Assembly: GCA_964430505.1 (NCBI GenBank)
Contig: CAYSGH010000011.1
Span: forward strand, 1,589-65,588
Reading direction: 5' to 3'
DNA from: an uncultured Akkermansia sp.
Lineage (GTDB): Bacteria > Verrucomicrobiota > Verrucomicrobiia > Limisphaerales > UBA9464
Length of the DNA stretch: 64,000 nucleotides
Shown here piece by piece: positions 45,889-54,862 of the stretch. Below the pieces are notes generated by a model, which was not told the DNA's origin, did not search any database, and saw nothing but the letters and a program-made list of their open reading frames with translations. The number at the start of each line of letters is the position of its first letter. Positions within the stretch are counted from its first letter, which is position 1. A program made the translations under genes and the position numbers.

Positions 45889-48800
45889 TCAGGGAACGCG
45901 AACCCGATAGAAGCGCATCGGGGCGGCGGGTGAAGGGTCGCCGAGCTGGCGGATGCTTCCGTCGCCGGTGATGGCATCGCCCACGGCCTGCCAGCCGCCG
46001 CCGAGGAGGTCTTGGGACTCCAGCCGGTAGGACTTGCCGGGCAGCGTGCTGAAGGAGACGACCGAGCCCCCGGCGTCGGGCGCCAGAGACGTGATCGCCG
46101 GGCGCAGCGTCGAGTCGGCGCGGAACCCGAGGTTCTGGATGCGCTCGTCGAGGGCGCGCACGGAGTCGGCAGCGGTGTAGGTGCCGATGACCTGGAGGTA
46201 GTCGGCCAGGGCCTTCTGCTCGGCCCCGTCCGTGTCGAACGTCTTCTGGATCCCGGCCGGCACGAGGTGGACCACACCGGAGCCCAGCGACAGCGGGTAG
46301 TACGAGTCCCCGCCGGTGGCGAGGAAGTCGAGGGTGACCATGCGGAAGGTGCGCCCGGGGTCGCCCACGAGGATGCCGTTCTCGACGACAAGGTCGAGGG
46401 TGCCATCCGCGCGACGAGCGACGAGCGAACGGAGTCGTTGGCCCGGGTTGTTGATCCCGGTGATCACGTTGTTGTTGGTGCGGTTATAGGTCATGGCCGG
46501 GAGGGAAGTGTCGAAGGCGAACGACATGCCGGAGACCTGCGGGAACTGCCCGGGGGTGGCGGTGGCGGTGGTGGCCGCGACGGCCCACTCCATGGCGTCG
46601 CGCAACTGCTGCGCCGTAAGGGTCAGCAGCGAGAGGCCGTTGTTGAAACGGAGCGCGTTCTCGATGTCGAGCTGGCTCACCTCGCCCGCCTGCTTGCCCA
46701 CGCGCGGGTTGGCCGGGGGCGGGATGAAGACGGGGGTGCTGGACCCGGCCGACGAGAGGATGCCGCCGATGCTGTCACGGATGCCGCCGCCATTCTTGAG
46801 GGAGAGGGAGGTGGCGGGGTCTGAGCGCTGGGCGCGCCAGAGGTTGGCGTCGGCGGTGAGGTTGCCGAGGTTGCTTTCCTCCGTGCGGACGGAGGCGCGC
46901 AGGCCGTTCAGATAGACGGTGGTGCGCCCGAAGCGACGGCCGTCCTTGCCGTCGATGATCCCGCCAAGGTTGCCGACGATGTTGGTGATGGCGGGGTGTG
47001 CGGGAGCGGACCCGGTGCTGGCGACGCCCTCGGCGTCGGTGGCGTAGGCCCCGCTCCGGCCGTCGATCACCGCGACGCGGCCCTCCTCGTCAAACGAGGC
47101 GATCCATCGACCGACGTACTCGAAGTTGGCCCCGGCATTGACGACGTGGACGGGTTCGCCGGACGGGGACGTGAAGGTCGTGGGATAGTTCTCGGCGCGC
47201 GACTGGCCGGGCCGTAGGCGGTCGGATGGCTTGGCGAAGACGACGTGCGAGCCGCCGGCGATGATGAGGTCCACGTCACGAAGGCGGGTGGCGAGGGCGA
47301 ACTCGTTGGCGTACTGCTGGAGGTGGGCGAGGAGGATCACCTTGTTGCAGCCGCGGGCGAGCAGGCCGTCCACGGCGGCCTGGAGGGTTCCCACGAGGTT
47401 GGTGGAGACGGCGATGGAGCCGGGCGAGCTGATCTGGCGGAGGTCGATGGTGGTGGCGCCCACGATGCCCACGAGCTGCCCGCCGACCTGAAGCGTGCAG
47501 GAGCGGGCGACCTTGTTCGTGCCCAGGCGGGCGTCCTGTGCGTCGGCCGTGATCAGGCCGCGCGTGTTCGAGTCCGCGTTGAAGTCGAGGTTGGCGCTCA
47601 GGTACGGGAACAGGGTTCCGGCGTAGCCCGCCGCCGCGTCCGCGCGGAGCATGGAGGCAAACTGCGCGGTGTTGTCGTCGAACTCATGGTTGCCCGCCGC
47701 CGATGCCTGGATGCCGAGGGCGTTGAGGATGGCGATGTCGGCGCGGCCCTTGACCCCGTTGTAGGGCGCGGCGGGGTCGGCGCTGGCGGTGAAGAACGGG
47801 CCCGGGATGTAGTTGTCGCCCGAGCTGAGGACGAGCGTGTTGGTGGGGAAGTCGGCCCGGAGCGCGTTCAGCACGCGCGAGAAGCCCACCGCGTCGTCGA
47901 GCGCCGGGATGCCGGCCTCGAAGTCCGAGGCGTGCAGGATCTGCAGGGACATCGGGGCGGAAGTGGCGCGAAGCACGCTGAAGGAAACGGGGGCGGAGGT
48001 CGTGGAGAGGCCGAGGTTGTCGGTGGCGACGGCGACCAGTTGGTGCGGCCCGACGCCCACGAACGGAAGGGTCACGCCGAATGGGGCATTGGTGCTCGAG
48101 GAAGCGGCCACGCCATCGAGGCGGTACTGGACCTGGACGACGAAGCCGTCGGCGTCGGAGGGCGCGACGGCGACGGCGACGTTGGCCGGGGCGCGGAGGG
48201 AGGCCCCGGCGGCGGGGGCGGTGACGGCGACCTGCGGGGGCTGGTTCGATGCGGTGACTTGCAGCGAGCGGGTGGCCTCGGCCGTGAGCCCGTCGTTGTC
48301 CGTGACGCGCACGACGTACACGTGCTGCCCCGGGGCCGGGTTGGAAATCGTGACGCGGAACGGGAAACCCGTGGCGATGCCCACCGGCACGCCGTCCTCA
48401 AGGAACTCGGCCTTCACGACGCGGCCATCGTCGTCGTACACGCTCGCGCCCAGCGTCAGGGGGCCGGACGCGTAGAGGTCAGTGGCGGGCGACGTCCATG
48501 CCACGGAGGGCGCCGAAAGCGCGGGCGCGGGCGTGCCGACGCCCGGCAGGGTGACGTGGTAGGCGAGGAGCATGTTGTCCACGGGGACATCGTTGGTGCC
48601 CACGGCGACGCCGTTGTGGAAGACGACCTGGGACTTGAAGTCGTTGTCGTTGCCGACAAGCAGGAGGTAGTCGTCGGGGCGCGCGGGGTCCTTGAGCGGC
48701 ACGAGGCCAAGTGCCTCCCATTTCTCGGAGATCGTGTTGGCGTCCTGGTTGGTGCTGACGTTGAGGCCGAAGCGCGCGAGGTCGGCGGGATCGATGAGGT

Positions 48801-49947
48801 CGATGAGGTCCTTGCGTGCGAGGGGGGCAACGCCCGAGGGCGGTTGGTTCGCGGGGAGGTTGGCCTGGCCCGGGGTGCCCGGGGCGAGGTCATAGGCTCC
48901 TCCGGCCACGTTGGTGGCCCCGAGGGTGGACGCGACCACGACGCGCTTGAAGGAGGGCGGCGTGTTGGTGCCCACGCCAAGGCCGAGGCTGTCGCGCTCG
49001 AGCAGGAGGAACGTCGTGGGGTTGACGACGAGCAGCTCGCTGACGGGGGTGTGGCGGTTGGTCTGGGCGGTGCCGTTCAGGGTGAGCTGATAGAGGTGCT
49101 CGGCCACCACTTGCCCGCGCGTGGGGGAGCCGTCGGCGATGTCGAATTGAAGGACGCGCGTCATGCGGCCGAGGTTGCCGGCCCCGCCGTCCTGGATGGT
49201 GGGGCTTTGGAGGACGGCGACCAGGCGGCGGCCGTCGGGCGTGATGGAAAGCCCTTCGAGGCCGCGGTTGTTGCGGCGGCCTGACGCCGGGGCGGAGGCG
49301 CCCGAGAAGTTGAGGTTGCCGGCCGCATTCCGGGGCAGGAGGGCGGGCGGGGGAAGGAGCGTCTCCTGCAGCTCGCCCCGGGCATTGAACCGGTAGAGCG
49401 CAGGTCCGTACTCGTCGCTCACCCAAAAGCCGCCGTCCGGCAGCAGCACGAGGCCCTCCGGGTCGATCGACAGCCGGCCGCCGCCGATGGATCCAGCCGG
49501 CGACTGCGGGAGGACGGGCGCGTTGGTGGAGCCGCCGTCAAACCCGGTGAAGTTCGTGCCGCCGTAGGTGAACAACACGGTGGAAAGGTTCGTGAACACG
49601 ATTTGCCCTTGTCCGGGCGCCGTGCCGCCGCCGAGGAACGGCGTGATTCCAAACCCGAGCTTCTGGACGCGCGGCCGGTAGTCCGTCGCGCCGTCGCCGA
49701 AGCCGCGGTCGGGCAGGCCCCACAACACGCCGCGGATCTGGCCGCCCTCGTACACGAGCGAGGACGGGTCCACGGCCATGGACGAAAAGAGGCCGCCCAA
49801 CGTGTCGCGTCCTTCCCCAGCCTGGTCGTAGAGGCCTGCCGGGATGCGTCCCACGCCAGCAAGGCCGTGATTGATGAAGCCCTCGAACTGGGCGTGCGCG
49901 GAGGCCGCGCATGCCCACAAGCCAATCCAACAGGTCGTTTTCTTCAC
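45889..49947 (-). CDS. Large secreted fusion protein: phytase-like esterase domain + Ig-like domains + metallophosphatase/5'-nucleotidase
   Basis: ORF 45889..50040. A likely GTG start at 49947 gives VKKTTCWIGLWACAASAHA. N-terminal motifs are WVSDEYGPALYRF and NRGLEGLSITPDG. The central region is Ig-like (VTDNDGLTAEA). The C-terminal half has ILHASDFE, SSGDNYIPG, AAGNHEFD, NLGNLTADA and GGIRDSI. It ends ...MRFYRVRVP. Confidence 0.85.
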   Translation of the reverse strand: MKKTTCWIGLWACAASAHAQFEGFINHGLAGVGRIPAGLYDQAGEGRDTLGGLFSSMAVDPSSLVYEGGQIRGVLWGLPDRGFGDGATDYRPRVQKLGFGITPFLGGGTAPGQGQIVFTNLSTVLFTYGGTNFTGFDGGSTNAPVLPQSPAGSIGGGRLSIDPEGLVLLPDGGFWVSDEYGPALYRFNARGELQETLLPPPALLPRNAAGNLNFSGASAPASGRRNNRGLEGLSITPDGRRLVAVLQSPTIQDGGAGNLGRMTRVLQFDIADGSPTRGQVVAEHLYQLTLNGTAQTNRHTPVSELLVVNPTTFLLLERDSLGLGVGTNTPPSFKRVVVASTLGATNVAGGAYDLAPGTPGQANLPANQPPSGVAPLARKDLIDLIDPADLARFGLNVSTNQDANTISEKWEALGLVPLKDPARPDDYLLLVGNDNDFKSQVVFHNGVAVGTNDVPVDNMLLAYHVTLPGVGTPAPALSAPSVAWTSPATDLYASGPLTLGASVYDDDGRVVKAEFLEDGVPVGIATGFPFRVTISNPAPGQHVYVVRVTDNDGLTAEATRSLQVTASNQPPQVAVTAPAAGASLRAPANVAVAVAPSDADGFVVQVQYRLDGVAASSSTNAPFGVTLPFVGVGPHQLVAVATDNLGLSTTSAPVSFSVLRATSAPMSLQILHASDFEAGIPALDDAVGFSRVLNALRADFPTNTLVLSSGDNYIPGPFFTASADPAAPYNGVKGRADIAILNALGIQASAAGNHEFDDNTAQFASMLRADAAAGYAGTLFPYLSANLDFNADSNTRGLITADAQDARLGTNKVARSCTLQVGGQLVGIVGATTIDLRQISSPGSIAVSTNLVGTLQAAVDGLLARGCNKVILLAHLQQYANEFALATRLRDVDLIIAGGSHVVFAKPSDRLRPGQSRAENYPTTFTSPSGEPVHVVNAGANFEYVGRWIASFDEEGRVAVIDGRSGAYATDAEGVASTGSAPAHPAITNIVGNLGGIIDGKDGRRFGRTTVYLNGLRASVRTEESNLGNLTADANLWRAQRSDPATSLSLKNGGGIRDSIGGILSSAGSSTPVFIPPPANPRVGKQAGEVSQLDIENALRFNNGLSLLTLTAQQLRDAMEWAVAATTATATPGQFPQVSGMSFAFDTSLPAMTYNRTNNNVITGINNPGQRLRSLVARRADGTLDLVVENGILVGDPGRTFRMVTLDFLATGGDSYYPLSLGSGVVHLVPAGIQKTFDTDGAEQKALADYLQVIGTYTAADSVRALDERIQNLGFRADSTLRPAITSLAPDAGGSVVSFSTLPGKSYRLESQDLLGGGWQAVGDAITGDGSIRQLGDPSPAAPMRFYRVRVP

Positions 49948-50189
49948 CCCGAAGCTTGGCCTTGTCACGGCTGCCAAATCGGCGGCCTGCCCGTGAAGGA
50001 ACTGAAAACACGCCGCGACGACGGCATGGCGGGCACGCAACGTCCGGCAAGCGGGCGTCCGGTCCCCCCGATGCTGCGGCTGCGTGACGGCAGGGCGATA
50101 ATCCAGAAACGGGCTGGGTCTGCCCTTGCCGGGAACGCCTTGCGTTGGTGAAAGGGAAGGCGTCCCGCGATCAAGACGCCGGGGCCATC

Positions 50190-51059
50190 ATGCAATACCG
50201 CGCGCTCTGGATCTCGGACGTCCACCTCGGCAGCCGCCATGCGCAGTCACGCGCGCTGCTGGAGTTCCTGCGCGGCGTGGAATGCCGCCACCTCTACCTC
50301 GTCGGCGACATCGTCGATGGCTGGGAGCTGAGGCGGCGTTGGCAGTGGGACCCCGACGCGAACACGGTGGTCCAAAAGATCCTTCGCATGAACCGCAAGG
50401 AGACGCGCGTCACGTACCTGTTTGGAAACCACGACGAGTTCATGGAGGGGTTCGCGGGTCTTTCCCTCGGCGGCGTGCAGCTCATGGAGCGAACCATCCA
50501 CGTCACGGCGGACCGTCGGCGCATGTTGGTCCTGCACGGGCACCAGCTTGACGGCCTCGTGCACTTCAACCGCCTGCTGGAGCGCGTCGGCAGCCGCGCC
50601 TACGACTGGATCCTCGACGTCAACCTCCACTTCAACCGGGTTCGCCGCAGGCTGGGCTTCGGGTACTGGTCCGTTGCGTCCTACCTCAAGCTGCAGGCCA
50701 AGTCGGCGGTGAAGTATGTCACCCGGTTCGAGGAAGGCATGTGCCGGCTCGCGGAGGCGTCCCGCGTGGATGGCGTCATCTGCGGCCACATCCACCGGGC
50801 GGAGATGCGGGTCATCGGCGGCGTGACCTACCTGAACTGCGGCGACTGGGTGGAAAGCTGCACGGCCTTGGCGGAGCACTTCGACGGTTCCTTCGAGTTG
50901 ATTCGGTACCATGAAAAGGGCCCCGGTGATGCAGGGCGAGGGACGCGGGCGCCCGACCCGGGCATTGTCGTTCCGGGACGGGTGCCGACGTCGGGGGCGC
51001 GAGGTGGTGGCCGCGATGGCAGGCCGCCCGGCCAACCGGAGCTGGCCGGCCTGCTCTGA
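50190..51059 (+). CDS. LpxH-family metallophosphoesterase (UDP-2,3-diacylglucosamine diphosphatase-like)
   Basis: ATG at 50190. ALWISDVHLGS, LYLVGDIVDGWEL, LFGNHDEF, LHGHQLD and ICGHIHRAE...NCGDWVESCTAL. Confidence 0.8.
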   Translation: MQYRALWISDVHLGSRHAQSRALLEFLRGVECRHLYLVGDIVDGWELRRRWQWDPDANTVVQKILRMNRKETRVTYLFGNHDEFMEGFAGLSLGGVQLMERTIHVTADRRRMLVLHGHQLDGLVHFNRLLERVGSRAYDWILDVNLHFNRVRRRLGFGYWSVASYLKLQAKSAVKYVTRFEEGMCRLAEASRVDGVICGHIHRAEMRVIGGVTYLNCGDWVESCTALAEHFDGSFELIRYHEKGPGDAGRGTRAPDPGIVVPGRVPTSGARGGGRDGRPPGQPELAGLL

Positions 51060-51079
51060 GCTGGGTCGTCGAGCCCGCC

Positions 51080-52324
51080 TCACCGCGCCGACGGTGCACC
51101 CGAGCCGAATCCGCCTGCGGCCTCCCTCCAGCCCGCCTGTGATGGCCGTGCCGTCGGCACCGCACGCGGCGTGCCCTGCATCGACCCGATGTACACGGCG
51201 ATGAGGTCGGCAAGCACGCGCCCCCAACCGAGACGCGCCGACCCTGCGAGCGCGGCCGCCCGCACCCGTTCGAGTTCGTGCGGGTGGGTTGCCGCGCGGA
51301 CCGCCGCTGACACGAAGGCTTCGCCGTCGCCGCGCGCCACGAGCCATCCCGAGCGACCCTGCTCGATGGACTCCGCCGCTGCCCCGTAGTCAAAGGCCAC
51401 CACGCCCAGGCCGCTGGCGAGGGCCTCCACGGTCACGTTCCCAAACGTCTCCGTGAGGCTCGGAAAGAGAAGCAGGTCGCCCGAGGCATAATGCGTCGCC
51501 AAGGCCTCGTGCCGTTGCTTCCCGGCAAACACCGCCTTGGGCCAGCGCCGCTGGAGTGCCGGTCGGCAGGGGCCGTCGCCTACCACGACGAACCGGGCGT
51601 TGGGCTGCGCCGACGCAAGGGCCGCCGACGCCCGTTCCAGCAGGGCGAGATTCTTCTCGGGCGCAATCCGCCCCACGTACAAGACCACCACGTCGTCCGG
51701 GCCGGCCCCCCATGAGCGGCGCAACGCCTCGGAACGCCGTCCGGGGTTGAACAGCCCCGCGTCCACGCCGCGGCCGACGACGTGCAGCCGTTGGAAGCCC
51801 TCGGCCGCAAGGTCCCGGGCGAGGGCGGCCGTCGGCGTCATGGTGGCATGGCATTGGTTGTGGAATCGGCGCAGGTAGCCCAACACCACGCCGCGAAGGA
51901 ACCCGACCCCATAGTGCTCGCTGTAGGCGTGGAAGTTGGTGCGAAACTCGGACACGCACGGGATGTCCAGCGCCCGCGCCGCCTGGACGGCGGACCAGCC
52001 CAGCGGCCCCTCGGTCGCCACGTGGACCACGTCGGGCCTTTGCTCGGTCCATAGGCGACGCAGGCGTCGGCCTTGGGGAAAGCCCACCTTGAGCTCGGGG
52101 TAACGTGGGATGGGCATGCCGCGGGTCAGGACGTCGTGCTCACGGCCCTCCTGGAGTGTTTCATCCCGGTCGTCGGGTTGCCGGGGTCGCACCACGCGCA
52201 CGACGTGGCCTTGGGCCCGCAGGCCTTGGACGATGCGGGCCACGGTGATGGCGACTCCGTTGACCTCGGGTGGATAGGTTTCCGTGACGACGGCGATGCG
52301 CAGGGATCCGGCGGGGACAGGCAT
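51080..52324 (-). CDS. Glycosyltransferase family 4 (GT-B, GT1/GT4 type)
   Basis: ATG at 52324. IAVVTETYPPEVNGVAITVARIVQGL, and the C-terminal FPSLTETFGNVTVEALASGLGVV (E-x7-E) motif. Confidence 0.85.
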   Translation of the reverse strand: MPVPAGSLRIAVVTETYPPEVNGVAITVARIVQGLRAQGHVVRVVRPRQPDDRDETLQEGREHDVLTRGMPIPRYPELKVGFPQGRRLRRLWTEQRPDVVHVATEGPLGWSAVQAARALDIPCVSEFRTNFHAYSEHYGVGFLRGVVLGYLRRFHNQCHATMTPTAALARDLAAEGFQRLHVVGRGVDAGLFNPGRRSEALRRSWGAGPDDVVVLYVGRIAPEKNLALLERASAALASAQPNARFVVVGDGPCRPALQRRWPKAVFAGKQRHEALATHYASGDLLLFPSLTETFGNVTVEALASGLGVVAFDYGAAAESIEQGRSGWLVARGDGEAFVSAAVRAATHPHELERVRAAALAGSARLGWGRVLADLIAVYIGSMQGTPRAVPTARPSQAGWREAAGGFGSGAPSAR

Positions 52325-52510
52325 GGGTCCACGCTGGCGCGCCGTGGAAACGGGCCGGTGTCGGCCCTCCAATATTCCGGTATCGAAACGGCGGCGACAC
52401 GCGGGCTTCACACGTTGCACCCGTCATGAGCGGCGGGCATCCGATGGGCAAGGGCCGTCATGGGACGGCGACCGGGCCGGCGGGCGCCTTCAACAACAAG
52501 GAATCATCGC

Positions 52511-53155
52511 ATGAAATCCCTGCTCGGACGTTTGGACGTGTGCCTGGAGGCGCTGCGGGTGCAGCGCTGGGACGACCACCGGTATTACCACCACAGCCGC
52601 GTGAACCAGTCGCTGCACCTGTTGAGCGCCATCAGCTTCCTGGTCGCCTACGTGTTCTTGTTCATCGACCCCGCGTGGGCGGCCTTGGTGGCGTGGGGTG
52701 TCTCGATGACCAGCCGGCAGGCCGGCCACTTCTTCTTCGAGCCGAAGTCCTACGACCACGTCAACGAGGCCACGCACGAGCACAAGGAGGACATCAAGGT
52801 GGGCTACAACCTCCGCCGCAAGGTGGTGCTCATGTCGCTCTGGGCGCTGGCCCCCCTCGTCCTCTGGGCGAGCCCGTCCTTCCTCGGGTTGCTCCCGGAG
52901 CCCAGGGACGCATGGGGCCTCGTCCACAACCTCGGCCTCGTGTGGCTCTACGTGGGCCTTGGCGGCCTCGTGTTCCGCACCGTGCACCTTTTCTTCCTCC
53001 AGGACGTCCTCACGGGGCTCGTGTGGATGTCCAAGATCATCACGGACCCCTTCCATGACATCCTGCTGTACTGGCGCGCGCCGCTCGCCCTCGCGCGCGG
53101 CCAGTGGATCGACCCCATGGACGACGTCCGCGAGGCGAAGGCCAACGGGCGCTAG
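52511..53155 (+). CDS. Hypothetical membrane protein (possible Mpo1/DUF962-like)
   Basis: ATG at 52511. YYHHSRVNQSLHLLSAISFLVAY...SRQAGHFFFEP plus 4-5 hydrophobic helices. The family call is tentative. Confidence 0.5.
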   Translation: MKSLLGRLDVCLEALRVQRWDDHRYYHHSRVNQSLHLLSAISFLVAYVFLFIDPAWAALVAWGVSMTSRQAGHFFFEPKSYDHVNEATHEHKEDIKVGYNLRRKVVLMSLWALAPLVLWASPSFLGLLPEPRDAWGLVHNLGLVWLYVGLGGLVFRTVHLFFLQDVLTGLVWMSKIITDPFHDILLYWRAPLALARGQWIDPMDDVREAKANGR

Positions 53156-54831
53156 TGGGCGAGAGGCCGCCCCCCGGCCCAGCGCCGCACCCAGGCCGTC
53201 CTCATCTCGGCGAGGATGCGCCTCCGGATGGCCCGGTGCGTCAGGCCCGGGGGCGCCGTCCACCACCCGTCGTCGCGCATGCGCCGGCACGCGCGCACAA
53301 ACCGTTCCGTGACCTCGTCAAACTGGGCGTCCGTGAAGTCCAGGCTGAACACCATCCGGCCGCTCCCAACCCACGAAAGGGCCAGCCCCTCCGCCCGCAG
53401 GTAGAACTGAAGCATCCAGTGATACCGAGACGCCACGTCATACAGGACCGTCCAGACGGTGGACATCGCCTCCACGCGCAACGGGTGGCCCTCCTGCCGG
53501 AGCCGCTCGTTCATCCGCCGGGCACGGCCTTGCCAGCGTTCGTCGAGGCCCTCGTACAGCGCACGGACGGCGGGCGTTTGAAGCCGTTCCAGGAACACCT
53601 GCATCGACGCCATCACCAACGGGTGCGAGTTGAACGTGCCCCGCGCGAAGCAGATGTCCGCCGGCCGATCCTCCCGGAAGCGGCGCATCAGGTCCCGCCT
53701 GCCGCACACCACCCCCACGGGCAGCCCGCCCCCCAGGGTCTTCCCATACGTGACGAGGTCCGCCTGCACCCCGAAGTATCCCTGCGCCCCCCCCGGAGCC
53801 AGGCGGAACCCAAGGAACACCTCGTCGAACACCAGAACGATGCCCCGTCGCGTGCACACCTCCCGCAGCCGTCGAAGCCACGCCGTGTAGGCCCCCCGGT
53901 CGAACCCCGCGCGACGCGTGCCATCCACCAGCGTGGAGTCGCCCGGAGCCGGACGGTTCGGGTGCAGCGCCTGCAACGGGTTCACCAGCACGCAGGCAAT
54001 GTCTCGGCGCGTCCCAAGCACCCGCAGCGTCGCCGCGTCCATCTCCTTCAACGTGTAAACCTTCCCGGGGCGCGAGGGATTCCCAGGGCCGGGCTGCACG
54101 TCGTCCCACCATCCATGATACGCGCCGCAGAACCGCACCACGTGCGTCCGCCGCGTGTGGTAACGGGCCAGCCGCACCGCCTGCATCACCGCCTCCGTCC
54201 CCGACATGTGGAACGACACCTCGTCCTTGCCCGAGAGGCGGCACAGCTCCGCCGCGTTCCATGCCACGCACGGATGCAACGACCCCAGCACCACCCCCAT
54301 GCCCGCCACCCGCCGCGCCGCCTCCTCCATGCACGACTTGTAGAACTCGTGCCCCATCACGTTCACCCCATACGACCCCGTCACGTCGATGAACGTCTCC
54401 CCGTCCAGGTCCCGCAACGTCACGCCGTCGGACCCGTCCACGAACCCGCCCAGCCGCAGCCGCTCGCGCACATGACGGCTGAACGGAAAGGGCACGCGGT
54501 ACACCTTGGTGAACTGCATGTCCGAAACGTGCGCCGCCGCCTCGGACGTCAGGGCCACCGTTCGTGCATGACGTCGTGCCAGCTCGCCCGCAAGCCGCTC
54601 GAACCCTGCCCTGCGACGCGACGCCAGCACGGCGTCCGCCCCGTCCGCGTCGAAGAACCGTTCCTCGTCGAACGAGTAGCCCGGCAGCAGGCGCGCCACT
54701 CGTCCTGCCCACTTGGAATGGCCCGCCAACGACGGATGCTTCGCCAACGAAAGCTGCAGCCGGCGGTATCCCTTCCACGCCAAGGCCAACCCCGGAGCCA
54801 ATCCCAGCCACCATGCGCTTGATGCATTCAT
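53152..54831 (-). CDS. Class III (GSA-aminomutase-like) PLP-dependent aminotransferase with about 120-aa N-terminal extension
   Basis: FIDVTGSYGVNVMGH, VSFHMSGTEAVMQAVRLAR, LVFDEVFLGFRL and the Schiff-base lysine context DLVTYGKTLGGGLPVG. The N-terminal extension contains LQLSLAKHPSLAGHSKWAGR. Start is 54831 (alternative 54864). Confidence 0.85.
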   Translation of the reverse strand: MNASSAWWLGLAPGLALAWKGYRRLQLSLAKHPSLAGHSKWAGRVARLLPGYSFDEERFFDADGADAVLASRRRAGFERLAGELARRHARTVALTSEAAAHVSDMQFTKVYRVPFPFSRHVRERLRLGGFVDGSDGVTLRDLDGETFIDVTGSYGVNVMGHEFYKSCMEEAARRVAGMGVVLGSLHPCVAWNAAELCRLSGKDEVSFHMSGTEAVMQAVRLARYHTRRTHVVRFCGAYHGWWDDVQPGPGNPSRPGKVYTLKEMDAATLRVLGTRRDIACVLVNPLQALHPNRPAPGDSTLVDGTRRAGFDRGAYTAWLRRLREVCTRRGIVLVFDEVFLGFRLAPGGAQGYFGVQADLVTYGKTLGGGLPVGVVCGRRDLMRRFREDRPADICFARGTFNSHPLVMASMQVFLERLQTPAVRALYEGLDERWQGRARRMNERLRQEGHPLRVEAMSTVWTVLYDVASRYHWMLQFYLRAEGLALSWVGSGRMVFSLDFTDAQFDEVTERFVRACRRMRDDGWWTAPPGLTHRAIRRRILAEMRTAWVRRWAGGRPLAH

Positions 54832-54862
54832 GAAAACGTCCACCTCACCCGCCCCGTCGCCC

